Source: an uncultured delta proteobacterium
Lineage (GTDB): Bacteria > Desulfobacterota > Binatia > UBA9968
Direction of reading: 5' to 3'
Assembly: GCA_963727625.1 (NCBI GenBank)
Contig: CAVSHR010000004.1
Span: 224,001-288,000, forward strand
DNA length: 64,000 nucleotides
Position 1 is the stretch's first letter; each line of letters begins with the position of its first letter. Below, in pieces: positions 24,099-34,327 of this stretch. The notes under the pieces are model-generated. The model saw only the letters and a program-made list of their open reading frames with translations, made no database searches and was not told the DNA's origin. A program made the translations under genes and the position numbers.

Positions 24099-25082
24099 AT
24101 GAGAACAACTCTTAAGTTCGGTCTTCTGCTGCCGCATTTCGGCCCGCTAGCGTCGATTGAAAAGTGTCTCGAAGGCGCGCATCGCGCCGAAGCCTATGGG
24201 TTCAATTCGGTCTGGGCGCGCGATCATCTGATTTTCCGGCCCCACGATCTCGAGGGCAACAACAATACCCATATCGAGAGTTTGATTCTCTTGTCCGCGG
24301 TCGCGTCGACGACTAAACGCGTAACGTTAGGCACTGCCATGACGATTTGTCACCGCCACCCGATTCACCTGGCGCAATCGTTTTCGAGCTTGAGCGTGCT
24401 ATCGAATGGGCGAGTGATTCTCGGCATGGGGCTGGGCGGTTTTGCTCATGAATTTGCCGCGGTGGGCCGGCCAACGGAGATAAAAGAACGGGCCGAGCTC
24501 GCCAAGGTCAATGTAGAAATCTGCCGTGGTCTCTGGAGCGGAGAAAAATTGTCACATAGCGGCGGCGGTTTTTATTTTGACAGCGTCGCGCTCAAACCTA
24601 CGCCAGTTAAACCGATCCCGATTTGGGTTGGCGGCGGCACCACCGCGGCATGCCGGCGCGCGGTGGCGTACGGTGACGGCTGGATGCCCGCCCGCGTAAC
24701 CCTGGCGACCTTCTCGGAGCGAATCGCGTTCTTGCGGCAGCTGTGTTGCGAGGCGGCCAGGCCGATGGTTGAGACCGCGGTGATGCCGCTGACGACGATC
24801 GGCAAAGATCGGCAGCACGCGCTTCGCGGCGTCGATCTAGAAACCATCATGAATGAGTCCCAGCGCTTCACCCAATGGGTAAGGCCGGATGGCGGAGCGG
24901 ATAAGGACAGCAGCCGTGGTATCGTACTCGCCGGCTCTCCCGCCGATATCGTCGATGAAAGCCGCGCTTACGAAGCCGCCGGCGCAAATCATATCGTATT
25001 CGATTTACGCCTGCGCTATGCCGATTGGTACGAACAGATTGATCTTCTGGGAAAAGAAGTGCTGCCCGCGCTCAGAGCCTGA
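24099..25082 (+). CDS. LLM-class flavin-dependent oxidoreductase
   Basis: AEAYGFNSVWARDH, SNGRVILGMGLG, PIPIWVGG and GDGWMP motifs. Confidence 0.9.
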   Translation: MRTTLKFGLLLPHFGPLASIEKCLEGAHRAEAYGFNSVWARDHLIFRPHDLEGNNNTHIESLILLSAVASTTKRVTLGTAMTICHRHPIHLAQSFSSLSVLSNGRVILGMGLGGFAHEFAAVGRPTEIKERAELAKVNVEICRGLWSGEKLSHSGGGFYFDSVALKPTPVKPIPIWVGGGTTAACRRAVAYGDGWMPARVTLATFSERIAFLRQLCCEAARPMVETAVMPLTTIGKDRQHALRGVDLETIMNESQRFTQWVRPDGGADKDSSRGIVLAGSPADIVDESRAYEAAGANHIVFDLRLRYADWYEQIDLLGKEVLPALRA

Positions 25083-25092
25083 TCAAATGGTT

Positions 25093-25677
25093 TCAGATAA
25101 TCCGACGCCAATCTCGCAACGTCAGCGGTAAATTTGCGGGCTTTGACCGTCGACTTGCGGGCTGTAAGTGTTCTTGGGAGCGCTTAAGTTTCGATCTGAT
25201 TTTACCCCAGGAACAATGACTCTCCGTGCGCAACTGAACCAAAGCGGCGTAACTTTTCAACAGCGAAGGTTCACTGAGGTTCGCTCCCAGACTCGCTAGG
25301 TTTGTCTTAAAATCCTCGAAGGTAAGAGTCTTTCCCGAATTTCTTGATAAAGCCGGCCGAAGTTGCCGCGTCTGGCTAGCGCTGCCCTTTAACAGAGTCC
25401 GGCTAGCTTCCCGAATCGGTGTTTGCGGCTCCGTTGAGGCGTCCCATTGCCGGCGATTCCCTCTTTTATGGTCGTCGATCCAGGTTTTGGCGGCCCGTAA
25501 GGCGCATTCAACGGCTTCGCTTTCGCTCGTTACCCGCATGGAAAATCTGACGAATGCGGACTCGCGCACCGCTCCGACCACCCAGCTAATGCTGGCCTGA
25601 GGCGCCCATAAATGGGTAGCGGTATCAAAACTCGGAAAAGCCATGATCACGTGGCCGCGGTAGGATCGGCACCACAT
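25093..25677 (-). CDS. Hypothetical protein
   Basis: Likely start MWCRSYRGH after RBS AGGAG; no known motif. Confidence 0.6.
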   Translation of the reverse strand: MWCRSYRGHVIMAFPSFDTATHLWAPQASISWVVGAVRESAFVRFSMRVTSESEAVECALRAAKTWIDDHKRGNRRQWDASTEPQTPIREASRTLLKGSASQTRQLRPALSRNSGKTLTFEDFKTNLASLGANLSEPSLLKSYAALVQLRTESHCSWGKIRSKLKRSQEHLQPASRRSKPANLPLTLRDWRRII

Positions 25678-26492
25678 AATTAACTCCTCTTTCGGTGAGC
25701 GAGTTGAGGTGCGAAGAGCTAATTCGTCACTGCTTAAAATGTTGGACCAAAAGCCGGGAAAGAACGCCCACCTGACAGATATTGTGATCACTTCATCAGG
25801 GAAAGGCAAGTACTGCTTTTAATAAATTTAAGCCGAATTATTTAAAAGCCTTAAGCCTTTAAAAAATCAAGGTGCTTGAAGTGCGGCAGGTTGGCGCAGC
25901 GGGAAAAACATCAGGAACGGCAGAATGAATTCGACGGCAAAATCATAACCGACATTTTTCAGTTGCCGCTCGGACCGCGCATGCTCGCTTGACCAAGGGT
26001 GTGACCATAAGGGCTAAGCGCGACGATCAAGAGGACCGCGTGAATCTGATCGTAGCTGCAATGCTGACGAGTCTTCAGACGCGAACCCCGTTAGGCAAGA
26101 CTTGGTTAATAGAGCATCAACAGAGCATCTCGCAGGAACGGAGTAAACTGGACGACGGCGTCCCGCCGCTCAAGCTCCATCGCAGCTTGATAGATTCTTA
26201 TTTCTGACGTTCGCTTGTGCACATAGGCACATCAAATCTTGTCGAATGATCCGCTACAAAAAAAACCCCGGGTGTGAAACCTGTGAGCTCATCCGGCCAT
26301 GCCCGGAAACAGGTTCTAGCGCCGCAAAACTCCGCCGAGCTTGTAGGCACTCCAAAGTCAAGTATGATAATCGATAGTTTAGCGGGGGCTCACGTGGACT
26401 GTGAAATCCTGATTTGTTAGGGTCAATCGACCATCCTTCAGCTGTTTCTTGGTTGCGCATTTTGGAACACTCTTCGACCATCTAAATCACAT

Positions 26493-28397
26493 ATGCCGAT
26501 TCTTCGCCTCGACAAAGTTTCGCTCGGCTACGGTCATCTGCCGCTGCTTGCCAGGGTCGATTTTCAGATTGATGCCGGCGAGCGGGTTTGCTTGATCGGC
26601 CGCAACGGCGCCGGCAAAACCACCTTGTTGCGGGTGATCACCGGCGCGGCCGTGCTGGATGACGGGGAGATCTGGCGTATGGAGGCGCTCCGCGTCGCGC
26701 ACCTCGAACAGGAGGTGCCGCCGGACACGCAGCAGACCATCTTCGAGGTGGTCGGCGGCGGTTTGGGTGAACTGGGCCGGCAGCTGAGCGAATATCATCA
26801 CCTCACGACTAAGGAGCTTGATAGCAGATCCATGCAGCGGATAGCGCGCTTGCAGGCGCAAATCGAAGCGCGTGGCGGTTGGAACGTCAATCAAAAGGTC
26901 GAAACCGTGCTCACGCGCCTGGGTTTGCCGCAAGATAAACGTTTGGCCGATTGTTCCGGAGGCATCCGGCGGCAAGTCATGCTCGCCCGCGCCCTGGTCA
27001 ACGAACCGGATCTGTTGTTGCTCGACGAACCGACCAACCATCTCGATATCAACGCCATCGCCTGGCTAGAAAACTTTTTGCTCGAGTACCGCGGTGCGTT
27101 GATTTTTATCACTCACGATCGCACCTTCGTGCGCCGCTTGGCGACGCGCATCGTCGAACTCGATCGCGGCAAGCTTACCTCCTTCCCCGGTGATTTTGAT
27201 GCTTATCTGCGCAAGAAGGAGGAACTGCTGGAGATCGAAGAACGGGCCTCGGACAGGTTCGATAAAAAACTGGCCGAGGAAGAGGCCTGGATTCGCAAGG
27301 GTATCAAGGCTCGACGTACGCGCAACGAAGGGCGAGTGCGGACGCTGCAAGCTTTGCGCCGTGAAAAGGCTGAACGGTTGGAAGCCCAGGGCAAAGCGCG
27401 TTTTGGCATCGACGCCGGAAGCCTTTCGGGCAAGCTGGTGGTCGACGCGCGGCGGGTCAGCTTTCGTTACGGCGTAAATTGGATCGTTCGCGACTTTTCC
27501 ACCCGGATACTGCGCGGCGACCGCGTCGGCCTACTCGGTCCCAACGGCTGCGGCAAAAGCACCATCCTAAAATTGATCCTGGGAGAATTGGCGCCGACGA
27601 ACGGCGAGGTTGTCCTCGGCACGCGCCTGCAGTTGGCCTACTTTGACCAGCACCGGCGCATTCTCGATCCAGAAAAAACCGTGCGCGAGAACATGAGTGA
27701 TTCGGACTTCGTTACGGTCAAGGGCCGCTCGCGTCATGTGATCGGCTATTTGAAAGATTTCCTGTTTCCACCTCAGCGCATCGATTCGCCGGTACGGGCG
27801 CTCTCCGGCGGCGAGCGTAATCGCTTGTTGCTGGCAAAGATCTTTACCCAGTCGGCGAACATGATGGTCTTGGACGAACCGACCAATGATCTCGACGTCG
27901 AAACACTCGAACTCCTTGAAGAGCTGCTGGCCGATTACGAGGGCACGTTGCTTTTGGTCAGCCATGACCGGACTTTTCTCGATAACGTGGTGACCAGCAC
28001 TTTGGTTTTCGAAGGCGAGGGCAAATTCGGCGAATACGCCGGCGGTTACGGAGACTGGGAACGCTATCAACGGCGAATTCCGGAAACGCCGGCACCCAGT
28101 CCGCGACCGAAGATCGACACAGCGGAACTTCGCAGTGAAGAAAAACGCGTCGACAAGCCGCGCAAGCTAACCTACAAAGAGCAACGCGAGCTTGAAGAAC
28201 TGCCGGCCAAGATCGAGGCGCTCGAAGCAGAGCAGGTCGAGCTTCACCAACGCATGGGCGAGGCTGATTTTTATAGACAATCGAGCGACAAGATCACCGC
28301 GACGATGGATCGTCTGGAAGCGATCAAGCAGGAGCTCGAAGCTTGCTACCGCCGTTGGCAAACATTGGAATCGCTCGGCGCAGGAACCGGTGTTTAG
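26493..28397 (+). CDS. uup: ABC-F ATPase Uup
   Basis: Two ABC domains (GRNGAGKT, GPNGCGKS), EEAWIRKGIKARRTRNEGRVR linker and a C-terminal coiled coil. Confidence 0.93.
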   Translation: MPILRLDKVSLGYGHLPLLARVDFQIDAGERVCLIGRNGAGKTTLLRVITGAAVLDDGEIWRMEALRVAHLEQEVPPDTQQTIFEVVGGGLGELGRQLSEYHHLTTKELDSRSMQRIARLQAQIEARGGWNVNQKVETVLTRLGLPQDKRLADCSGGIRRQVMLARALVNEPDLLLLDEPTNHLDINAIAWLENFLLEYRGALIFITHDRTFVRRLATRIVELDRGKLTSFPGDFDAYLRKKEELLEIEERASDRFDKKLAEEEAWIRKGIKARRTRNEGRVRTLQALRREKAERLEAQGKARFGIDAGSLSGKLVVDARRVSFRYGVNWIVRDFSTRILRGDRVGLLGPNGCGKSTILKLILGELAPTNGEVVLGTRLQLAYFDQHRRILDPEKTVRENMSDSDFVTVKGRSRHVIGYLKDFLFPPQRIDSPVRALSGGERNRLLLAKIFTQSANMMVLDEPTNDLDVETLELLEELLADYEGTLLLVSHDRTFLDNVVTSTLVFEGEGKFGEYAGGYGDWERYQRRIPETPAPSPRPKIDTAELRSEEKRVDKPRKLTYKEQRELEELPAKIEALEAEQVELHQRMGEADFYRQSSDKITATMDRLEAIKQELEACYRRWQTLESLGAGTGV

Positions 28398-28427
28398 TCT
28401 TTCGTATAGCTTCGCTTCGCGCCGATA

Positions 28428-29153
28428 TTACTTCACCGCAGGCCAGTCCGCCAATAATCTGCCGTAGCCATGCACGGAAAATTTTAAACCCAGCTTCGAC
28501 AAAAGATTCCAAAGCATGGCGGTATTGCTGGTGATCACCGGCACGGCAAATTCGCCTTCCAAGCGCTGGATCACCGGCAGGGGATCCAGGGTCGCGCCCT
28601 GAAAATAGATTGCCTCGGCGCGCGATTGTGTCTTGAAGCTTCTGACAACGAGATTGAAAAGCTCATCGGGGCTCATATTGACCGCCGTTCCGGCTTTGCG
28701 GTTTTCAAAGGCCGGACCTAGATCAACAACAAAACCGCGTTGGTTGAGGTGGGCTTTGATCGCTTCGTCGGCGGCGGCGTCGAAGGGTGTCATGAGCAGA
28801 ATCGTCCTTGCGTTGTACGCCGTCAGCGCGGTGACTGCGGATGCCACCGCGCTGACTACCGGCAGACCGATCGCATCGGCGACCTTGGCTTCTAACTCCG
28901 GGTTAAACAGGGTTACGAAGCCGCCGGTCAGCATCAAGCCGCGAACTGCATGGCGGCTGACAAAATCCTTGGCCAACTCGACAATTTGATCGCTCTTGCC
29001 GGCTAAATCTTGATAGGATTCGCCGAGCAAACCGAGTCCCTCGTGGGCGACGGAAACGCCCCCAGGCAATATGCCATCGAGCGATTTAAAATGCGGCCGG
29101 TTAGGGGTTGCCGGCGATAAGATTCCGATGTGAACTGGAATAGGCGCAGTCAT
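28428..29153 (-). CDS. Maleate isomerase / arylmalonate decarboxylase (Asp/Glu racemase) family protein lacking cysteines
   Basis: IGILSP, LMTPF, PVITSNTAMLW and GYGRLL; Gly at both catalytic Cys positions. Confidence 0.8.
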   Translation of the reverse strand: MTAPIPVHIGILSPATPNRPHFKSLDGILPGGVSVAHEGLGLLGESYQDLAGKSDQIVELAKDFVSRHAVRGLMLTGGFVTLFNPELEAKVADAIGLPVVSAVASAVTALTAYNARTILLMTPFDAAADEAIKAHLNQRGFVVDLGPAFENRKAGTAVNMSPDELFNLVVRSFKTQSRAEAIYFQGATLDPLPVIQRLEGEFAVPVITSNTAMLWNLLSKLGLKFSVHGYGRLLADWPAVK

Positions 29154-29281
29154 GAAAGCTCCTTTGGCGATGAATACGCGTATACCATGGCGCGGAATTT
29201 ATCACGAGCCGAAGGGCGCCCCAATTTGAACAAAACCTGGGAATCTCGCATAGTCGATTAAAAGATTTTTATGGAGGCCTC

Positions 29282-30208
29282 GTGCAATTTCGCATCGCTG
29301 CCGTAGATCTGGTCAGCAACACTTGTTTCCCCGCGTTGGCCGCCGATGAGCTGGGATATTTCAAAGCGGAAGGTTTAGACGCGCGGATCGAACTGGTTGC
29401 CATGCTTGGCGCCACCCAGGCCTTGCGCAACGGCAGCGCCGACGCCATGATCGCCGGCTCAGTGCACGATGTCTTGACCGAATTTCCCGATTGGACTGGC
29501 GTCAAGATCGCCGTAGCGCTGTCCCAGGGCACGCCGTGGCTCCTGACCGTGCGCGCAGATCTTCCGGCCAGGCGCGGCGATCTCAACGCGCTGCGCGGCC
29601 TTCGCCTGACCGCGGCTGAGGGCCCAGACCTGGCGCTCAAGCAAATGTTGCGTATCGCGACGATTGATCCCGATCACGATTTACAGCTGGTGGAATTATC
29701 CGGCGCCAAATCTCGCGATGTTTCCTTTGGCGTGTTCGCGGCTCGCGCCTTGGAAGCGGGAGAGATCGACGCTTTTTGGGCGAATGCCATGGGCGCGGAG
29801 ACGGCGGTCAGCCGTGGGGTGGGGAAGGTGCTGGTGGACGTGCGCCGCGGCGACGATCCTGACGAGGTGAGGTTTTTTACCTTTGCCGGGATGGCGACGA
29901 CGGATAGTTTCATCGCACGCGAGCCCGAGGCGGTCGGCGCCGCGGTTCGGGCGATCGTGCGAGCACAAAAAGCCTTACGCGACGATCCCGCCTTGGCGCG
30001 CGAAGTCGGTCTAAGAAAGTTTCCTCAAGGTGCCGCTAATTTGATCGGCAACGTCGTCGCGCGCGACGTAACATTTTATGAGCCCGCGATCAGCAAAGAA
30101 GCGGTGGTCAAAATGAACCGCTTCGCCCAATCCGTCGGCCATTTATCCAAGCCGGTTGCTTATGAAAACGTGGCGGCGATTCGCTATAGAGATTTCTGGA
30201 CAATTTGA
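29282..30208 (+). CDS. ABC-type substrate-binding protein (NMT1/SsuA-like), no clear signal peptide
   Basis: AADELGYFKAEGLD, ALEAGEIDA and FIAREPEAV patterns. Confidence 0.8.
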   Translation: MQFRIAAVDLVSNTCFPALAADELGYFKAEGLDARIELVAMLGATQALRNGSADAMIAGSVHDVLTEFPDWTGVKIAVALSQGTPWLLTVRADLPARRGDLNALRGLRLTAAEGPDLALKQMLRIATIDPDHDLQLVELSGAKSRDVSFGVFAARALEAGEIDAFWANAMGAETAVSRGVGKVLVDVRRGDDPDEVRFFTFAGMATTDSFIAREPEAVGAAVRAIVRAQKALRDDPALAREVGLRKFPQGAANLIGNVVARDVTFYEPAISKEAVVKMNRFAQSVGHLSKPVAYENVAAIRYRDFWTI

Positions 30209-30240
30209 GAGATGCTGAAGGCGTCTTCCGAATTCAGCGC

Positions 30241-31620
30241 TTAGCCGACTGTTGCCGTCACCGGAAGCACGGGTTTTTTGACCATCGTATAAAGCAGGCT
30301 CGCCAGCAGCAGCAAAATCGCGGCGGACCAGATCATAATATTATAGCTTGCGGTGCGATCGTAAATCGCTCCCGCGATCACCGGGCCAAGGACGCTGCCC
30401 CAAGTGGAAACAAAGCTCATCGAGCCGCGGATCTTCGCGAAGTTTTTCCGCCCAAAATATTCTCCCACGGTTGACCAGTTCACCGGAAAGGTCGACTCGA
30501 CGACGCTGAACAAGGGAATAAAAACTAAAATCGCCCACTCGGAATGAGCCGTTGCCAGAACCACCATGGCCACCATGGCCAGCAGCATGCAAGCGGCCAT
30601 TAATTGGGGTTTGCTCACGCGATCGCCGATCCAGCCGAAGAGTAGATGGGAGGGAAAAGAGGAAAACGCTTGCGCCGCGAGAAAGAACGCCGCGCGCTGC
30701 TGATCCATTCCCTTCCAAACCATTAATGCGATGTAATGGACGTTGATCGCGCTGAGAATGATCACGCGTATGGCAGTAGCGCTGGTCAGATACCAAAACG
30801 ACGAAGTGCGCAACGCTTGCGCGAGGGTAAAGTCAGCCGGTTCACGAGGCCGGCCGCGGTCATCGGAGCGGCTGTCGGGCGGGCGGGTCAGCACCGCGTC
30901 GCCGTCGGGCTCCAGTCCCATACTCTCCGGCGAACGCCGCACCAGCAATGCCAACGGCATGCCGATGACGATGAACGCGATGCCGCAACCGAAGGCGGCC
31001 TGGCGCCAACCGAAGCTGTGCACGGCTGCCGACAACAGGGGGGTGAAAATAAATCCACCGATCCCGATGGAGCCGCTGATGATCGCCATCGCCATGGTGC
31101 GCTTGCGAACGAACCACGTGTTGGCGATCAGCATCGGGGCGTCCATAAAGCCGGCATGAAACGACAGCGACACCACGCCCATGTAGACAATCACCAGCAT
31201 GAGATAGCTGTTGACCCCCGACAACAGCATATGGCCGATGCCGGTCATCATGAGCGCCATGATCATCAGCGGCCGCGGTCCATGGCGATCCATGAAATAG
31301 CCGGCGATGGGCCCTTCAAAAGCGCCTTGGGCACGTGCTAGCGAAAAAACTAATGCCGTCGAGGCGCGGTTGAGGCCGAGATCCTGGCTCAAGGGCAAAA
31401 AGAAAACCGAGAATCCGTAAAAATACAGGCCGCCGCCTAAGATGCGCAAAATCGAACCGACGGCGATCATGCGCCAGCCGTAGTAGAGATCGGACAATCG
31501 TCCGCGAATTGAATAGAACACGTCGGTCCTTTGAGCTGAGCCTAGCGCGATTGGAAAATCCCGGGGCGAGACAACGGGCTTGGGCGTCCCCAAAGTAACC
31601 GAGTCGCCATGCCATTGCAA
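30241..31620 (-). CDS. MFS transporter (start uncertain)
   Basis: YYGWRMI, MDRHGPR, multiple TM helices and GPVIAGAIYDRTASY. Confidence 0.9.
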   Translation of the reverse strand: MQWHGDSVTLGTPKPVVSPRDFPIALGSAQRTDVFYSIRGRLSDLYYGWRMIAVGSILRILGGGLYFYGFSVFFLPLSQDLGLNRASTALVFSLARAQGAFEGPIAGYFMDRHGPRPLMIMALMMTGIGHMLLSGVNSYLMLVIVYMGVVSLSFHAGFMDAPMLIANTWFVRKRTMAMAIISGSIGIGGFIFTPLLSAAVHSFGWRQAAFGCGIAFIVIGMPLALLVRRSPESMGLEPDGDAVLTRPPDSRSDDRGRPREPADFTLAQALRTSSFWYLTSATAIRVIILSAINVHYIALMVWKGMDQQRAAFFLAAQAFSSFPSHLLFGWIGDRVSKPQLMAACMLLAMVAMVVLATAHSEWAILVFIPLFSVVESTFPVNWSTVGEYFGRKNFAKIRGSMSFVSTWGSVLGPVIAGAIYDRTASYNIMIWSAAILLLLASLLYTMVKKPVLPVTATVG

Positions 31621-31707
31621 TCCGACCAGACTCGGGATGAATGACTAGGCAACGGATGACGACCTGCTTTAACCCGAACCAGCCACGGGCGAAATACGGT
31701 GCGCAGA

Positions 31708-32469
31708 TTACTGGTTTCGCGAAGCTTTCGCTGAAGCGAGTGTCGGCCCGGTTCGAGCGACGCGATATTCCTTTAACACGCTTTCCAGAGTGTCAAAATC
31801 AGCCAGGGTCCGCAGCGAGGCGAAGGTTGGAAAGATCATCGGTAGACTGCCGCGTTCATGGAGCTGCATCGCTCCTTCGGGAGTGAGCCACAGGCTATGC
31901 GCGACTTCGTAGGAATTTTCCAACGGCGCTTGGTCGTCCGGTAATGCCGTGACGAAAAACCTGGTGTCGAAGCGCATGGCAACCTGAGCCGGAGTTTGCC
32001 AGTGGGAATAATAGGCCAGATTCGCCAGAGCGCAATAGAGTCCTTGCATTTCGAGCAGCGCGGCAAACGTCAGCGACTTGTCGAGCAAGGCCCGATGGAG
32101 ATTAGCCAGATGATTCGCCCCCAACTGATCTATTGAAAAGGGTGCGCCCGAAGCCGTGACCGCAAGTAAAATGCCGACCTCTTCGAACAGCTCGCGAATG
32201 GCCGCCACCCAAAAGCCCGTCGCTTCACGCGGGGTGCACTGCGCACCGATGATTTTACGGGCCGATTCGGGTGGAAGACCCGCACAGCGTTGCATCATCG
32301 CCGGCGAAGAGTCCTCTCTAGTCACCGAGCCGCCCGGATAACAGTACACCCCGCCTAAAATCGGCGCGCCTTGGGGCCGCCGAGTGAGAAACACCTCGAA
32401 TCCCATCGGCGCGCGACGGCGCAACAAGATGACGGTGGCGGCTTGCCTCGGTTTAACGTTCTCGCTCAC
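31708..32469 (-). CDS. NUDIX hydrolase (Nudt19-like)
   Basis: PRQAATVILLR, YPGG, AAIRELFEEVG and RFDTRFF motifs. Confidence 0.88.
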   Translation of the reverse strand: MSENVKPRQAATVILLRRRAPMGFEVFLTRRPQGAPILGGVYCYPGGSVTREDSSPAMMQRCAGLPPESARKIIGAQCTPREATGFWVAAIRELFEEVGILLAVTASGAPFSIDQLGANHLANLHRALLDKSLTFAALLEMQGLYCALANLAYYSHWQTPAQVAMRFDTRFFVTALPDDQAPLENSYEVAHSLWLTPEGAMQLHERGSLPMIFPTFASLRTLADFDTLESVLKEYRVARTGPTLASAKASRNQ

Positions 32470-33233
32470 GACACGCCCAGAGTCAGCGCTGAGCCGAAAG
32501 AATTACGGCAAGGAGCGCCGGCACAATAGAAGCTTTCGAAGCGCGACTCGGCTTCGCAGAATCGCACGATGCTCGACGACACGGTGCCGGAGCCCTCGCG
32601 ATGGACACAGATGGCATCGCCGGGATCATCCGAATCAACCGCCAATGAATGGTCGGCGAGCACGGGCTGCAACGCCGCAATCGCGTCGGCGCCGCTCATT
32701 CGAACGATACGATCGTCCTGACCGACGACTTGGGCGAATAAGGAATAGGCTCGATCCGCCTTGGCGGAATGCAGATCGAACTCGGCCGCGCTGCTGAAAA
32801 CATGCAGGCCCGGCGTAAGTTGCCGAATGATGATTTGTTCGGCGTTGTTGTAACCCACTAAAGCGCCGCGCCGGTCGGCGACGAGGACAGTAAAAGGATT
32901 GTACCGAAACTGATGGTCTGCCAAAAAAGCATTGCCTTCGGCAACCGATCGGCACCTGAGTAAATCCAGGCAGAGCCGGCCGCGTGAACGGACATCGGTT
33001 ATAGGCGGACTTTCGCCGTTCCAGCGTCGGTTTAGGATGGCGGCGACGACGGCCCGGTCGTTGACGCCCAGCCAGGTGCCGCCGGCGCGCAAATCCACTC
33101 CGGCGACGATCTTCGGTTCGCCGGCCAGCAAATCCGGCGGGGCTGAAGGGCGGTCGTAGTGCTCGTCACGATTGGCGGCAAGCACCAACGGAAAGCCTTC
33201 GAACATGCGAAAAAATAACGACAATGTGCACAC
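32466..33233 (-). CDS. NRDE/TANGO2-family protein
   Basis: GTG start giving MCTL, then AANRDE, GGTWLG and GTVSS. Confidence 0.9.
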   Translation of the reverse strand: MCTLSLFFRMFEGFPLVLAANRDEHYDRPSAPPDLLAGEPKIVAGVDLRAGGTWLGVNDRAVVAAILNRRWNGESPPITDVRSRGRLCLDLLRCRSVAEGNAFLADHQFRYNPFTVLVADRRGALVGYNNAEQIIIRQLTPGLHVFSSAAEFDLHSAKADRAYSLFAQVVGQDDRIVRMSGADAIAALQPVLADHSLAVDSDDPGDAICVHREGSGTVSSSIVRFCEAESRFESFYCAGAPCRNSFGSALTLGVS

Positions 33234-33339
33234 AGTCCAAGGTTTACAGAAAGAACGGCAGTTCTGCAAATCTGACCAGCGCTGTTGATTGTCGTCAAAA
33301 GTGGTTTGTGTTAGCCTCAAAAGGTTGGAAAGGGTACCC

Positions 33340-34302
33340 ATGTTTCAATCAGTGGATGAGGTGATCGCCGGCTTCGGCGCGCAAAAATATATCTGCAACA
33401 AAAATGTCGCGACGGTGGTCTACCTGGGGACGATGCTGCAAAAACCCATTCTGGTGGAAGGCCCGGCCGGCGTCGGCAAAACCGAGTTGGGCAAAGTGCT
33501 GGCGGATGCGCTCGGCATGGAGCTGATTCGCTTGCAGTGCTACGAGGGCCTCGACGAGGCCAAGGCGCTTTACGAGTGGGAATACGCCAAGCAGCTGCTC
33601 TACACGCAAATTCTCAAAGAGAAAATCGGCGATATCTTGCAAGGTTCGCAGACCCTTCAAGAAGCGGTGGATTGCGTTGCCAAGCAGGACGGAGTGTTTT
33701 TCTCGGATCGCTTTCTCTTGCCGCGCCCGTTGCTGCGCGCCTTGCTTTCCGAGCAGCGCAGCGTTTTGCTGATTGACGAAATCGACAAATCCGACGCCGA
33801 GTTCGAGGCCTTTTTGTTGGAACTGCTGAGCGATTTTCAAATCTCCGTGCCGGAAATCGGCACCCTCAAAGCCAAACATATTCCGCTGGTGATTTTGACC
33901 AGCAATAACAGCCGGGAGATGTCCGACGCGCTCAAACGCCGCTGCCTGCATCTCTACATCGATTTTCCCGAGGCCGAGCGGGAAATGGAAATCATCAAGC
34001 TCAAGGTCCCCGATGTCGGCAAACACCTCGCCGATGAAGTAGTGCGGTTGCTGCACCGCTTGCGCAAATTGGATCTGAAAAAGACCCCGAGCATCAGCGA
34101 AACCCTCGACTGGGTGCGCGCGCTCACGCTGCTCAATATCAAGCAATTGGACCACGAACTGGTGCAGGAGACTCTCTCCACGCTGATGAAATACGAGGCC
34201 GACGTGCGCAAGGCGCATCAGGAGCTCAAATCCTATCTGGCGGAAAAACAAGCGCAACGCCCAGCTTCCGAGGGCGGCAGCGAAAAAGACCATCTGCACT
34301 AA
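33340..34302 (+). CDS. MoxR/CoxD-family AAA+ ATPase
   Basis: EGPAGVGKT, RLQCYEGLD, LIDEIDK and DALKRRC motifs. Confidence 0.92.
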   Translation: MFQSVDEVIAGFGAQKYICNKNVATVVYLGTMLQKPILVEGPAGVGKTELGKVLADALGMELIRLQCYEGLDEAKALYEWEYAKQLLYTQILKEKIGDILQGSQTLQEAVDCVAKQDGVFFSDRFLLPRPLLRALLSEQRSVLLIDEIDKSDAEFEAFLLELLSDFQISVPEIGTLKAKHIPLVILTSNNSREMSDALKRRCLHLYIDFPEAEREMEIIKLKVPDVGKHLADEVVRLLHRLRKLDLKKTPSISETLDWVRALTLLNIKQLDHELVQETLSTLMKYEADVRKAHQELKSYLAEKQAQRPASEGGSEKDHLH

Positions 34303-34327
34303 AATTCCTGCCCGACGGATTTTCCGC

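Noticed and set aside
26270-26393. c-di-GMP-I riboswitch or hammerhead ribozyme
   Set aside because: Only fragments match (GAAA, GCAAAAC, TAGCGGGG); the spacing is wrong and there is no CUGANGA core.
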